Part shown: positions 1 through 13,818 of the stretch, in pieces
How positions within the stretch are numbered: the first letter of the stretch is position 1
How the letters are laid out: every line of letters begins with the position of its first letter
Assembly: GCF_001194135.2 (NCBI RefSeq)
Contig: NC_068992.1
Location: forward strand, 19,330,422 to 19,386,525
Source of the DNA: Octopus bimaculoides
Lineage: Eukaryota
Reading direction: 5' to 3'
Length of the DNA stretch: 56,104 nucleotides
The notes under the pieces: generated by a model
Databases searched by the model: none
What the model was told of the DNA's origin: nothing
Seen by the model: the letters and a program-made list of their open reading frames with translations, nothing else
Position numbers and translations under genes: made by a program

Positions 1-35
1 TATAGATGTGTTTATGTATATATATATATGCATAC

Positions 36-70
<35 letters not shown>

Positions 71-493
71 CGTAAATATACTTATGTCTGTGTGTGTGTT
101 AATCTTTGTATATGGATATGTGTCTATGCAAAAGTATGCCTGTGTAATTTCTTTACTCTCATTCTGTTTCGTCTTCTTACATGAATTTATTTCAAAATAT
201 TTGTTCTGCTTTCTTTCCGTTTGTTTACCACTTTTGTTTAATCTGACTTAAGTAAAGACAAAAATATACAATGTTTGTCGAAATGCCTTTTCTCTATCCA
301 AAATAGTATTGATTTCAAATGCATAGTATAATGTATGAATCGTAGCACGATTGTTCTGGTATGGATATGTATATTATGTATACAGATGTAACATACACAA
401 TACCAAATCACAAACACTAGCTAATATCACTTTTTTCTCTCTTTCTGTGGATATATATTTATATGTATGTATGAATGTATGTATGCATGCATG

Positions 494-530
<37 letters not shown>

Positions 531-1386
531 NNNNNNNNNNNNNNNNNNNNNNNNNNNNNNNNNNNNNNNNNNNNNNNNNNNNNNNNNNNNNNNNNNNNNN
601 NNNNNNNNNNNNNNNNNNNNNNNNNNNNNNNNNNNNNNNNNNNNNNNNNNNNNNNNNNNNNNNNNNNNNNNNNNNNNNNNNNNNNNNNNNNNNNNNNNNN
701 NNNNNNNNNNNNNNNNNNNNNNNNNNNNNNNNNNNNNNNNNNNNNNNNNNNNNNNNNNNNNNNNNNNNNNNNNNNNNNNNNNNNNNNNNNNNNNNNNNNN
801 NNNNNNNNNNNNNNNNNNNNNNNNNNNNNNNNNNNNNNNNNNNNNNNNNNNNNNNNNNNNNNNNNNNNNNNNNNNNNNNNNNNNNNNNNNNNNNNNNNNN
901 NNNNNNNNNNNNNNNNNNNNNNNNNNNNNNNNNNNNNNNNNNNNNNNNNNNNNNNNNNNNNNNNNNNNNNNNNNNNNNNNNNNNNNNNNNNNNNNNNNNN
1001 NNNNNNNNNNNNNNNNNNNNNNNNNNNNNNNNNNNNNNNNNNNNNNNNNNNNNNNNNNNNNNNNNNNNNNNNNNNNNNNNNNNNNNNNNNNNNNNNNNNN
1101 NNNNNNNNNNNNNNNNNNNNNNNNNNNNNNNNNNNNNNNNNNNNNNNNNNNNNNNNNNNNNNNNNNNNNNNNNNNNNNNNNNNNNNNNNNNNNNNNNNNN
1201 NNNNNNNNNNNNNNNNNNNNNNNNNNNNNNNNNNNNNNNNNNNNNNNNNNNNNNNNNNNNNNNNNNNNNNNNNNNNNNNNNNNNNNNNNNNNNNNNNNNN
1301 NNNNNNNNNNNNNNNNNNNNNNNNNNNNNNNNNNNNNNNNNNNNNNNNNNNNNNNNNNNNNNNNNNNNNNNNNNNNNNNNNNNNNN

Positions 1387-1417
<31 letters not shown>

Positions 1418-1420
<3 letters not shown>

Positions 1421-1625
1421 TGTCTGTGTTTGTCCTCCCACCATCGCTTGACAACCGATGTTGGTTTGTTTACGTCCTCGTAAATTAACAGTTCGGCAAA
1501 AGACACCGATAGAATAAATACTAGGCTTACAAAGAATAAGTGCTGGGGATCGATTTGTTCGACTAAAGGCGGTGCTCCAGCATAGCCGCAGTCAAATGAC
1601 TGCATCAAAAAGAAAGAAAGGAAAG
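1418..1625 (+). mobile_element. SINE family A, 3' body downstream of internal (TA)n microsatellite
   Basis: GTTTGTCC..CATCGCTTGACAACCGATG..TTCGGCAAAAGA.ACCGATAGAATAA.TACTAGGCTTACAAAGAATAA..CTGGGG.TCGATTTG.TCGACTAAAGGCGGTGCTCCAGCAT closely matches 17495-17710 and diverged copies at 23470, 26960, 43770 and 49795. Confidence 0.8.
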
Positions 1626-2199
1626 AGTATATATGTATAAAAAGGGAGACAAAATGAGGCTCCTTATTTAGAACCACAACGATCGATTCAACTCATCATG
1701 CACCCATATCTTACTTTTGAGGTACTGCACAATCAATTGTCTTGTATTATAGGTGCAGAAGCGTATTCTATGGTGACTTTCCAAAAGTACCTCATTTGTC
1801 TTTTTACTTGCGGCATTCCATACGGCCCCATAAAATTAAGTAGTATCTCCTGCAGTAAATATGGTGGAATATTCCTCCATTCTGTTGTTGATATCAGAAT
1901 ACTGTGTACGGGCTAAAAAGAGGATACTACAAGGTGTCTACCTGAATATAAAACTATTACTATAAATATATATATATATATGTAAAAATGTGCGTGTATA
2001 TCTATGCTGGCTGCTGTGACCATGATGTTCTGGTGACCTGATGAGTTAGCTTCCTTTATTTGCATTAATTTATGAATGTAAAATTGTATAGTTATGCAAT
2101 TTCATAATAGAATGCTAAGCAGAGATACCGATACAAACATGTAGATTTACTTTTGTACATACTGAAATAAATATTACATGAAGAAGTTTACGAACTCAC

Positions 2200-2256
2200 T
2201 GTGATGAAATGGAAGTCATATCGGAAAATAAATGTGTCATCTCGCACACCTATTGA
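2200..2256 (-). CDS. candidate 57-nt internal exon (SIGVRDDTFIFRYDFHFIT), product unknown
   Basis: Minus-strand acceptor gcttacag| and donor |gtgagt; only the phase 0-0 frame is open. Could splice to ttttatattcag| at 1941, giving VDTL-stop. The same CTGTAAG word also reads as a plus-strand donor. Confidence 0.3.
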
Positions 2257-2607
2257 CTGTAAGCTATATATATATGTATATATANNNNNNNNNNNNNNNN
2301 NNNNNNNNNNNNNNNNNNNNNNNNNNNNNNNNNNNNNNNNNNNNNNNNNNNNNNNNNNNNNNNNNNNNNNNNNNNNNNNNNNNNNNNNNNNNNNNNNNNN
2401 NNNNNNNNNNNNNNNNNNNNNNNNNNNNNNNNNNNNNNNNNNNNNNNNNNNNNNNNNNNNNNNNNNNNNNNNNNNNNNNNNNNNNNNNNNNNNNNNNNNN
2501 NNNGTGTGTGTGTGTCTGTCTGTCTGTATACATACATACATACAAACGTATATATATATATATATACGTTTGTATGTATGTATGTATACAGACAGACAGA
2601 CACACAC

Positions 2608-2639
<32 letters not shown>

Positions 2640-2699
2640 GCTTATATAATGTTCAGCTTTTTCATTCGATTTTTCTTCTGTTCCTTCGCCTTTTTCTAA

Positions 2700-2765
2700 G
2701 CATCATTGTCCTCATCATCATAATCGTCGTTGTCATCGTCATCCTCATCATCGCCTTCCTCGTTA

Positions 2766-2858
<93 letters not shown>

Positions 2859-2948
2859 TTGTTGTTGTTGTTATTATTATTATCGTTGTTGTTGTTGTTG
2901 TTATTATTATTATTGTTATTATTATTATTATCATTATTATTATTATTA
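2700..2948. repeat. compound trinucleotide microsatellite (ATC/GTC)n-(ATT)n-(AGT)n-(GTT/ATT)n
   Basis: Directly visible tandem triplets; source of the poly-I/L/Y/S ORFs in the track. Confidence 0.95.
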
Positions 2949-3170
2949 AGGCGGTGAGGTGGCAGAATTTTTATTGCGATAGACGAAATGCGTAGAGGTA
3001 TTTCGCCAGTCGCTACCGTCTGAGTTCAAATTCCACCGTGGTAGATTTTGCTTTTCTTTCTTTTAGGGTCGATAAAATAAGTACCAGTTGAACTCTGGGT
3101 TCGATGTAATCGAATCATCCCCTCCCCTAAAACTACTGTGCTTGTGGAAAAATTTGAAACCATTATCATT
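2949..3170 (+). mobile_element. SINE family B (tRNA-derived), near full length
   Basis: Head GGCGGTGAGGTGGCAGAA, B-box GAGTTCAAATTCC at 3022-3034, body GGGTCGATAAAATAAGTACCAGTTG..GGGTTCGATGTAATCGA; flanked by (ATT)n; homologous copies elsewhere in the window. Confidence 0.8.
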
Positions 3171-3927
3171 ATTATTATTGAGCTAGTACATGCTAATTGA
3201 ATTAGTAGAAATTTTCTTCTTCAGGTCTGGCAACAACAATTCTGAAATCTCCAGAATGTTTCTTAGGGTTCTTGTAGGATATGGAATGGGACTTTTCTGC
3301 AGGCTGAAAATTCAAGACTCATTTCCAATCACTTTCAGTCCCTAAAATCACATTGGATTTTTCCGGGTCAAATATAACAGGAAAAAAATGAAGTTCAGTG
3401 CATCATCATACAGCTCAGTTGTTCCATATTAAACCGTGGTACTTACAAAACAAAGAATATCCTCATTATGATCAGTGATAAAAGCGAAATGCGGAATTAC
3501 AAGATACAGTATATGATGTGGTAAACTCTGTATCAAAAGCCTTAAGCTGCATGTCTGTGTAGTGAAACGCATACGCAATCTCAAATATATACAAACACAT
3601 GCACAGGCATACACACATGCACATACACACACAAACATACAGGCATGTATACGAGTCCATGGTATGTCATGTTCAATGTAAACTTGTAGGTTAACAGTTA
3701 ATTTCTCCCTACGGCCACTGTTCCGATTTTCACTGACGTTCTGTCAGGTGCTTAACGCTTCGAATACCAACGGACATCTTGTGTGTGTGACTATGAAAAT
3801 CTGAGTAATGGATGTGGGAGGCACTAATTGCCAACATCATATACTGATACAGGTATATACATACATATGCCCACATACACGTACGCATATATGTCATTGC
3901 ATCTATATGTGTGTGTATGGGTATGTA

Positions 3928-3973
<46 letters not shown>

Positions 3974-4295
3974 NNNNNNNNNNNNNNNNNNNNNNNNNNN
4001 NNNNNNNNNNNNNNNNNNNNNNNNNNNNNNNNNNNNNNNNNNNNNNNNNNNNNNNNNNNNNNNNNNNNNNNNNNNNNNNNNNNNNNNNNNNNNNNNNNNN
4101 NNNNNNNNNNNNNNNNNNNNNNNNNNNNNNNNNNNNNNNNNNNNNNNNNNNNNNNNNNNNNNNNNNNNNNNNNNNNNNNNNNNNNNNNNNNNNNNNNNNN
4201 NNNNNNNNNNNNNNNNNNNNNNNNNNNNNNNNNNNNNNNNNNNNNNNNNNNNNNNNNNNNNNNNNNNNNNNNNNNNNNNNNNNNNNNNNNNNNNN

Positions 4296-4368
<73 letters not shown>

Positions 4369-4919
4369 AATATGTGTATGTATATGTTTATATACGCATG
4401 GGAAATTATATGCGCACATAAGAAATGTTGAATTCAGTTTACTTTTCCATATTTATTTGTATTTGACACGACAGAAAAATATCACATTGTTTATATATGT
4501 ATAGAATTCTGTATTTAATGCTTTTACACACAAAAAGAACAAAGAGATATATTTTCTTTTACAACATACCAATGAAATATTCGACAAATATAAGAGGATA
4601 TATTTCAACATAGTTTATAGAAGGGAAGTGTGCAAGAAAAATAACCGAATTGATTTATTATTAAGTTAGCACAATATTTTTTCTGTTTTTCTCTGACTTA
4701 TGTGTATATATTTATTATTTATCTATATACAGTATCCTTCTATATAGTTGATACTTTTTTTGTAATTTTGTTTTTATTTATATCCATATAATTACCTATC
4801 TTTATCGATCTTTCTTTCAATCTATTTCTTTTTCCTATCTACATATCTAACTGTCTAAACACAAACACATACACACACACAAACGCAGAAACACCCACCC
4901 ACACACTTATATGCAGACT

Positions 4920-4962
<43 letters not shown>

Positions 4963-5255
4963 ATTGATATACATATATATACACACATATATATATATAT
5001 GTGTGTGTGCACGCGTGTCTGTATGACTCTGTTTATCGATTACTTACAGTATATACACGACGCATATGTATGTGTGAGAATGCTTGTGCATGTATACATA
5101 TATCCGTAGATATATCTGTAGATCTTTGTGTACTTACATACAGATATATACAACCACACAAAGACTGACTCGTACGTGCATGCATATATTTATACACATT
5201 TATGTACTATGAATTGAGTCGTACGCATAGACATACATACATCTGTAAATGTATG

Positions 5256-5302
<47 letters not shown>

Positions 5303-5446
5303 NNNNNNNNNNNNNNNNNNNNNNNNNNNNNNNNNNNNNNNNNNNNNNNNNNNNNNTATGTACTTATATATAACAACCAACCATCTGTCAATTTATCTCT
5401 GCACATATCTATTGTACAAAATATCTGTTTGTCTGTTTATGCGTGC

Positions 5447-5482
<36 letters not shown>

Positions 5483-6260
5483 TACATATTTCTCTCTCTC
5501 TCCTTCTCCGTTTCTTCCTCTCCCCCTCTTTCTCTCTAAATACACACACAATCAGTCAGACTCGCACACATATATACCTTATCCTTGTATCAATTTATCT
5601 ATCAATCTATCTATCATTCTTTCCTTCGTTATTTCTGTTTAGGTTCTATAAAATGTTACAGCCATAATCATATACTCGCGTATTTGATTGATATTCTCAT
5701 CAAAGACAGTCGAAGTCTGTGTCTGCAGACTGTACAATTTCCTTCTTTATCATCATGTAAATTACTGTTTTTTATTATCTTTATTATTCAAGATTTGAGA
5801 AATACATCACAAGATTCCTTTATTGAAACACGAATTGGGTACATCGTGTAAAATATTCATATGCTCAAGTTTATCAAATTTGTATAACGTTAACAAATGT
5901 GCTCAAGGTGAACAGACATTTTCAGTGTGAACAAAACTGAGCAAGTATAACATATGAATGAGAAATGGTATGTCTATGCCCTATCATAATTATTTCTGCA
6001 ACGTGCATCTGTCTGTTCTCATAGGTAATCTTTTTAAGGTAATCTTTATATAAACCGTCAAGTATCAGTAAAAAGTAAGCAGTTTTCAAAGTGATAATCG
6101 ATGTGTCTGAACTGCCATAATGATTTAATCTCAACAGCTAAATTGGTGTTATTTCTAGCTCAGTTCTCCCTGGCATTCACATGATATGGTAATAATTGTG
6201 TCATGGAAATGTATGTAAAGCTTAAGTGCTATCGTCTGCACATAAGCCAAATTTTCATAG

Positions 6261-6321
6261 TTTTACGTTTTACATTTCCCAACCGGAGGAACATTGATAT
6301 TGGTACCACATCGCTGTCCCT
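6261..6321 (+). CDS. candidate exon (xLRFTFPNRRNIDIGTTSLS), product unknown
   Basis: attttcatag| acceptor and |gtaagt donor; open phase 1-2 frame, phase-compatible with 7496-7529. A competing minus-strand reading (GQRCGTNINVPPVGK) exists. Confidence 0.3.
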
Positions 6322-6601
6322 GTAAGTAGCAGAAATATGCAGACTTTCCACCTGTTTTACTACGTTACAATTACAATTATATTTTAAAGTTTTAACTAAT
6401 GTGGGATAGAGAGCGCAGTATATTCTAAAATTAGAACCCATTTGTCATATATTGCATTAATTATATATATGCATTTTCATATATCTAAAGGTAATAATCT
6501 TTAGAAATAATGCATTTCTAAATCTCTCAGAGATATTTATGCAGTAGTGATACGATGATATAGTTGTATGCTGTCAATGTCCGATGCCACAGTAATAGTC
6601 A

Positions 6602-6627
6602 AAGGAGGAGATGCTTGTCTCCTCCTT
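6602..6627. other. perfect 10-bp stem hairpin AAGGAGGAGA-tgcttg-TCTCCTCCTT
   Basis: Arms at 6602-6611 and 6618-6627 are exact reverse complements; function unknown. Confidence 0.85.
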
Positions 6628-7495
6628 GGGTGGTGGTACTTGTCTCCCCCTAGTAAACATAATGACACATGAAATGTGTCAAGGCCGACAGGAAGCGGTG
6701 CAGCTTCATAGGTCTAACCAACAGTAGTATTATTTCCTTCGGGGGACTGTCACATGAAGTTGACAGCATACAACTACTTCGTGATAATGTTTTCCAGTAA
6801 AGTGACTGCCGTTCTTCTTGTCGATACGATCACACTGGATTTGTTCAACGAAGCCAAACAATGTTAGGACCATAATTTATATTGAAATTAAGGTGGGAAT
6901 TAATAAAGCTTTGCTTCAGCGCCTGTTCTTTATATCATAAAGATTACGTCATCAACTAACAGTTATAGTTATGCCTAATCATGTTTTTGAATGTAAGCCA
7001 TGAACGTCTCGAATGGAGGACACGCAGCGAATGTCGTCCATGCGCATAGACATTTCGTTAAAACAAAACAAAAAAATAACCCTATGTATCACATAAAACG
7101 ATAAATTAACAGAAGAGATTTACAAAATCGCCAGAATTAAAAATATTCCTAACATAAAACGCGTTACCACTGATCCATGGAATGGACATTAGACAACCAA
7201 TATGATAAATCATATATAAGATAAACATTCGAAACTTTTTGACTATTACTGTGGCATCGGACATTGAGTTACGACTATTTATCACCGTTAGAATATCAGT
7301 TACAATGATTATTAAAGCCCATTGTATACATCAAAAATCAAGGAGATAGGAAAACACGATAGATAACTATACCATACAGCGTACAATTCCACTAAAAGAC
7401 TAGATTATAGAAGGAAGATTTATTGATACTAACATACAAGCCAAAAATCAATAGATATATACACAAGTTATGTGAAATAACAATTTAAATAACAG

Positions 7496-7529
7496 TTATC
7501 TATTAACTAATGTTAAGCCTGGCGATGAG
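7496..7529 (+). CDS. candidate 34-nt exon (L-YLLTNVKPGDE)
   Basis: taacag| acceptor and GAG|gtatgt donor; phase 2-0 frame is open. Confidence 0.3.
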
Positions 7530-7642
7530 GTATGTGTATATATTTTATTGTATTTGTAGTTCCTCTAAATGAAGAAATGACAGTAGCATCTTGTGGCCCT
7601 GTTTTTTTTCTTTGTTTTTTCCTTTTCTATTTTTTCTTTCAG

Positions 7643-7666
7643 AGGTACATACTTGAAATTATGTAA
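7643..7666 (+). CDS. candidate exon RYILEIM-stop (or shorter, using AT|gtaact)
   Basis: Long polypyrimidine tract ending ttttctttcag| at 7642; 113-nt intron from the 7530 donor; phase 0 matches. Confidence 0.25.
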   Translation, partial: RYILEIM

Positions 7667-8439
7667 CTGATACGATAATCATTGCCGGGTTAAAGTATAT
7701 TACAATTACATGGGGATTACCTGCATTATATTTACCTGTGATTTACTTGCATATATATTTTAGGATTTTATGAATTTAATATTTCTAGTTTTAGAGAAAT
7801 ACAAGCAACTTCAAATCAAACAAAATATATACACTCTTGTTGGCGGAAAATGCAGAACACATGAAATCTTTTGAAATGCAACTATGGAACTATGTATTAT
7901 CAATATTTTATAAGTGTAGCAAAGATTGATTCTCGTAGCTGTATTCCACTATTTTAAGATATACTCCTGGTGTTGATACTAATTTACTTAGTCCACATAA
8001 TTTCATATTTATTCGTATATTACTATATGCACAAGACTTATTGGTTTCTATTTCGAATACTTCTTTGAGAGTATATACCGGGATTTTCAGATATTAATAA
8101 TATCTAGTTCCAAGTTAAGTTTAATTCTTATTTGTATATGCATTTTGTATCGTGTACGTTATCAATTCCCTAAGAGTATAAATTCGAATTTCATAAAATT
8201 TCAATTCAATTATCACACCTCATTTTCAAAGCCATTTGTCTCACGCCTTTGTTTATATTTAACTCGGCTGGAAAGTTTTTTTTTCATACGCTACTCGTAT
8301 TAAGAATTATCCGCTTGATCTTTATCAATCCCACTTATCAGATATGATTTGCTCTATGCAATTATTATTTTAATTATATATACAGAGCGACTAGCTGGAA
8401 GAATCCTTTGTATTTGTGACAAATACTTAGAGGATCTTC

Positions 8440-8580
8440 TTCCGAAACTTAGATTTCCCCAAGTCAACGTTTCCTTTTATTCCTTCAAGGTCGATAAAAA
8501 TAAAGTATCTGGGTTCGTATAATCGACCTGCTCCCTCTCTTCACAATTGTTTGTTTTACACCAAATTTAGAAAGAATAAT
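8440..8580 (+). mobile_element. SINE family B fragment
   Basis: AAGTCAACGTTTCCTTTTATTCCTTCAAGGTCGATAAAAATAAAGTA..GGGTTCGTATAATCGAC resembles the body at 3040-3115. Confidence 0.55.
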
Positions 8581-10611
8581 TTTATTTCAAGATACACACT
8601 ATAATTTTTTTTTTAATAAAAATACATAAATTTACATGAATTTATACATTGCTATAGAGTTCAAATGTACTGGGCACGTGGCTAGTGCAAAGCTATGAGA
8701 ATATATTAATGTACTTTTTGGCGGACAAATATATGAAGTATGGTTGCAAGTTTGAATTTAATCCGATATATGTCAATAACATTTGCTGAAATATATCTAT
8801 GTCAAAAGACAAATGTATAATTTTCATGGGCAGAAACGCTCAACACACACACACACACACGCGCGCGCGAGCACAAACACGCGCGCGCGCACACACACAC
8901 AGGCACAAGCAAACACTTACACAAACTCGCATACGCGCACACAGAGGCACATACATATAAGTACGCACACACACACACATATATATATAGAGAGAGTGAG
9001 TGATAGGTAAGTAAATAGATATATAGACAGATGCATTTATACATACATGCATATCGCATGGTATATCCCAACCAGATTTGGATTGGCATGTATTAGAGGA
9101 CACAAAGGGAATTGACTCTTTTGAGAGAGAACCACCGACCAAATTGGTGCAAAGCAAACTGAACAATCATATAATTAACAGCCTATACACCCGCATCTAT
9201 ACAGGTATATATATATATATATATATATAAAACTTCAATTTATATATGTATGAATTTAATAGCACACAGATATATATATATATATANNNNNNNNNNNNNN
9301 NNNNNNNNNNNNNNNNNNNNNNNNNNNNNNNNNNNNNNNNNNNNNNNNNNNNNNNNNNNNNNNNNNNNNNNNNNNNNNNNNNNNNNNNNNNNNNNNNNNN
9401 NNNNNNNNNNNNNNNNNNNNNNNNNNNNNNNNNNNNNNNNNNNNNNNNNNNNNNNNNNNNNNNNNNNNNNNNNNNNNNNNNNNNNNNNNNNNNNNNNNNN
9501 NNNNNNNNNNNNNNNNNNNNNNNNNNNNNNNNNNNNNNNNNNNNNNNTATATATATATATATATATATATGCTTGTATGTATATATCTATATAAATACCG
9601 ACACGCATATACATACATACCTACACACACGCACATATTCTCTTCCATACAATTACGGCATTTTATTAACAGTGAACAGTGAAATAGAAAGTAAGAAGAA
9701 AAAAGAAATATTAAAAAGAAAATACAAAGAAAAAAACTCGCATAAAGCTGTAGTCGTCATGGCATCCAAAATTACTTTCTATCGATTGAATTTTGACGGT
9801 GAATATCTTAATGAGTGAGAGATAAAAAAGAAAATGAAAATAAAAGATAAATAAATAAGCGATACCCATTAAATTGGAATAGTAAATGTTCGGGTGTTGT
9901 TGTTATTATTTTTGTTTCTTTTCTAGTTTTATGAAGAGCAAAATAGAAAATAAAGTGCTAATTCATGCTAAAACGTATCAAAGAATATTTCAGTTTGTGT
10001 CACTAAGGCAGTGCTTAGAAAAAGACTAAAAAAACCTAATTACTACAGAGTTATGAAAATTTGTTTACTTAATAAGAATATCCAAATGGAATTTATTCAC
10101 TTAGAATTTTAAGATAGAAAAAAAGAAGAAATATAATATAAATAAAATAAAATTTGATTATTTTTAAAAGATCAAAAGTAATCAGATAAGGGGTAAAAAT
10201 CAAACAAGACAAGAAATTGTTGGAGAAGAGAACACAAAAACAAAATTAAAAAAATATGTTATTAGCTTAGAAAAAGAAAAAGAAATCGCAATTTTTCGAC
10301 CATCATTTTTTTTTTTTTAATTTCTTCTTTTTTGTCTATTTTCTTTGTCTTTAGGTAATTAAATTTGTATTCCTGTGTCTTAGAGCAAATATTGCTTGAA
10401 AAAAGAAACAATAGCTCCGATGAAACAACCATTATGAATTTATGTATACGCGCCATTTCTTGTAGATTGCACATACATATACATATATATATAAGTTCAA
10501 ACAAGCACATCGGTCCATATGAACGTAGCAAGTACATACATATGTACACACTAGTAACACCCCCGCACACACATATATTTACAGCACATTTATTTCTTAT
10601 ATGTAATTAAG

Positions 10612-10662
10612 TATGTATGTATGTATGTATGTATGTATGTATGTATGTATGTATGTATGTAT
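10612..10662. repeat. (TATG)n microsatellite
   Basis: Direct tandem tetranucleotide next to a gap. Confidence 0.95.
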
Positions 10663-13600
10663 ATATATANNNNNNNNNNNNNNNNNNNNNNNNNNNNNNN
10701 NNNNNNNNNNNNNNNNNNNNNNNNNNNNNNNNNNNNNNNNNNNNNNNNNNNNNNNNNNNNNNNNNNAGAGAGAGAGAGAGAGAGAGAGAGAGACACACAC
10801 ACACGCACACGTATATATATATATACACGTACCGAGAATATACAAATGTTAATACAACTATTTACACAAGCCTATAGACACACATACATAAACTACGCCC
10901 TATGTGTCTTTGTACGTAAGCGTGTAACGTTCAGATGATGCGAGATACAATGAAGATGACTTTACTGTCATTTATTTTCAAGCTCCATTGTGGAGAATGA
11001 GATTATTTCAATTCATCGTTTCGCCCTCCATGGTTAAGTCTTTCGTAGAAACATAATTTTAGTCAAGAGCGTGCATCAAAGACAATTACTTTCAACATTC
11101 TTGATAAACATTTCAAAGACTTAAGGTGCGCATCACGGGCTAGATGAAAAATAATATATGCTAATATATGAACTGGGTGGTGAATTTTATTACCATCTGC
11201 TTAAGCTCACAAACTCCAAATCAATAATTGCGATTTTTTCGTCCCACCTTGTACAACGTACGCCTCATATACATATATATATAAAACAAAGCATTTCTAT
11301 TCCATTGTGTTATGCATCTCTATCATAGTTAATGAGTGACTGTTTAGCTACAAGTCGAGTAGACCTATCCATTTGGGATACCAGTGTACCAATTTCAACA
11401 TTATCTGATGATATATTCTCACGTTTACTTTTGTGTCGTGTTTTATTTTTCTTAATATTATTTTCCTTGTACACAACACAAAGTTAATTAAACTAACTTT
11501 GGTTTCTATTGTTAGAAGATTGGATAGACATGTTTTTCGGTTGTCTGAAATGCATTTAAGCAGCTAAAGTTTCGTAGTTCTGTTGTTTTGATATTCTATT
11601 TCATGAAGTAACAAGCACACGTGTGTTTCGACTGCAGGATCTTATCAATATTTCCTCTATATGTAAAACCTATCCATTAATTACTTCTCAATGAATTGAA
11701 ACGATAATTATCGTCTAGAAAACTGGAATTGACGTTTGTGAGACTAGAAACGGTTATGGATAGACTTTGGGATTAAAATTCGGAAATAATTCTATCTAGG
11801 AGTCGTGGCGATAGCGTTTGACGTGATTCTGAGCAAAATGTGAATTTTTCAGACGTTATGTATAGTCGTAGTGTCTTAAATGTATGGAGGTGAAACGTCT
11901 GTTGCACCAAGGTTGACCGATCTCTTTGTCTAAAACAATTTACTTCTTACTACCATCAGAAAGATTTGCATACACAAATTTTTATTTTTATATTTCTTAA
12001 AATTGATTACTCTATTGGTGTTTGGTCCTCCTAACAGCAGTCACGTAAAATTATAATAATTGCCACACTGTTCTAGTTGTTTTGACAAATTTTCGAATAA
12101 ATTTGTTAAATGTCATATGTCAGCATTTTGTATCTGTTAAAAATATTGATTACTTGTTGATTATTTTCATTTTTTTCTGAATTATTCATTTTATAATGTC
12201 TTAATTACTTTTCGCATTGCCAATGATATTTTTATCGTCTGATGAAAACCACTATGGAAGATTTAAGCGTTCTGAATGGCAAGATGAAGTTGAATCTCTT
12301 TCAGTTCTCTGGTCGTTAAATTACGTGGCAAAGATATAAATAATAGAAATATCTTTCTTTCGTCTAATCTTTAATATAATACTCTAGACAAACCCGTAGA
12401 AATTATGGTAAACTTCCAAGAGAAAGAAATAATCTTACATACTATGGCTCTGTCACGGTTTCACATTATAGTTGAGAACTTTAGCTCGAGTAATAATTCG
12501 AGGAAAATATATGAATATCAAAATATATTGACTCTATATCCATAGATACATAGATGTGTTATGTTCATATGTCTACTGAGAGTAAGCTGCTTGGAGACTG
12601 AATCGCAGCCTGAATTCTATTTAAATTAGATCTATCAACTAAATTTCAAAATACATAAAAATTCAAACTGGATTTGTTTATTGCGTATAATTTCATGCTG
12701 TAATAGCCAAATACTAAGAAATTAGAATTCTACATTAAGAGGCCTACAGATTCACTCTGTTACGCCCTATCACAGTTTTGGTTCATTTTACAAAGTATTT
12801 ATATAATGTCCTTAAGCCCGTAACAGGGAATCCGGTTTGTTCCCTAGAGCCTCTGAGTAAACCATGTCGTTTAACATAAAAAAATAAAAGAATACACCAC
12901 CGATTTCTATAGTTGTCCATCTAGGCCAAAATAATTTCCGGCAAATGGCATGAAGTCGTTATTCAAGGACTAATATAAAGGGAAAAATTAGTTAAATAAA
13001 CCTCAAATTATGAACAGATATGGTTAAGATCCAATAAATATATAGCATAGTATTCTTCCATGAAATTGCTGATTCTTTTTATATGTTACCCCTAGTCATA
13101 TTCTGTAATTTTGAAAATGAAATATTAGTTCCAGCATTCCTATATTATATATTAATAGACGGAATAAACTGCCGGCATGTGAAATTTTAGACAACCAGCT
13201 CAACATTCTGTTTTATTAACAACAACGCATTTCGTTTCCGCTCAGTCTTCTGTATTCACATCAATGACATTGTGTCACGTTTCTCTCTGAGCAAGATATT
13301 TAATTATGTACGCTAAAATTATCTTTGCAAATCATATGGTTCTTCGAACCAATGAGGCATTCTACATGTGGTGATGTTACTTGGTGTTATAAAGCAGTAA
13401 CATAATTCCTCCTTAAAATCACACTCTATTTTCTTAAGGAAAGAAGGTTCGCATTGTATATATTCGCATTGTATATATTCTAGTGTACACCTTGATCGTA
13501 AATTAATATTTTGGACGGTCCAGGATAGAATGCCTAGCATAACATTATTTCACTACACTCAACATGGAACTAAACGATGACCATAACTTGTTTCGAGAGC

Positions 13601-13674
13601 CAAGGAGGGAGACACAGTGTGATCGCTCATCCTGTCACAGTCTTCAGTCAATTTTGCCTTAATTCACAACTTAC

Positions 13675-13818
13675 CATTAAAAAGAGATGCAGTGAATAGC
13701 GGAGTATCATACAAAATAGAATATGAACTATAACTTTTCTCATCCTTTGTCATCTCAATCATTGTTGTGCTAGAGTTAAGCAAATACAAATTGTTTTGAA
13801 AGCTGATTTCGTTTTCTT
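13675..13818 (-). CDS. candidate 144-nt phase 1-1 exon (ENEISFQNNLYLLNSSTTMIEMTKDEKSYSSYSILYDTPLFTASLFN-G)
   Basis: ctacattcacag| acceptor and strong AATG|gtaagt donor; frame open about 60 codons in AT-rich unique DNA; no recognisable domain. Confidence 0.35.

Noticed and set aside
1715-1941. 227-nt minus-strand exon with good acceptor and donor
   Set aside because: All three frames contain stops; at most UTR or non-coding.
13319-13540. ORF containing CDFKEELC, reminiscent of a MAM domain start
   Set aside because: No following MAM motifs or clear splice sites; part of the Cys pattern comes from a 15-bp tandem duplication at 13451-13480.
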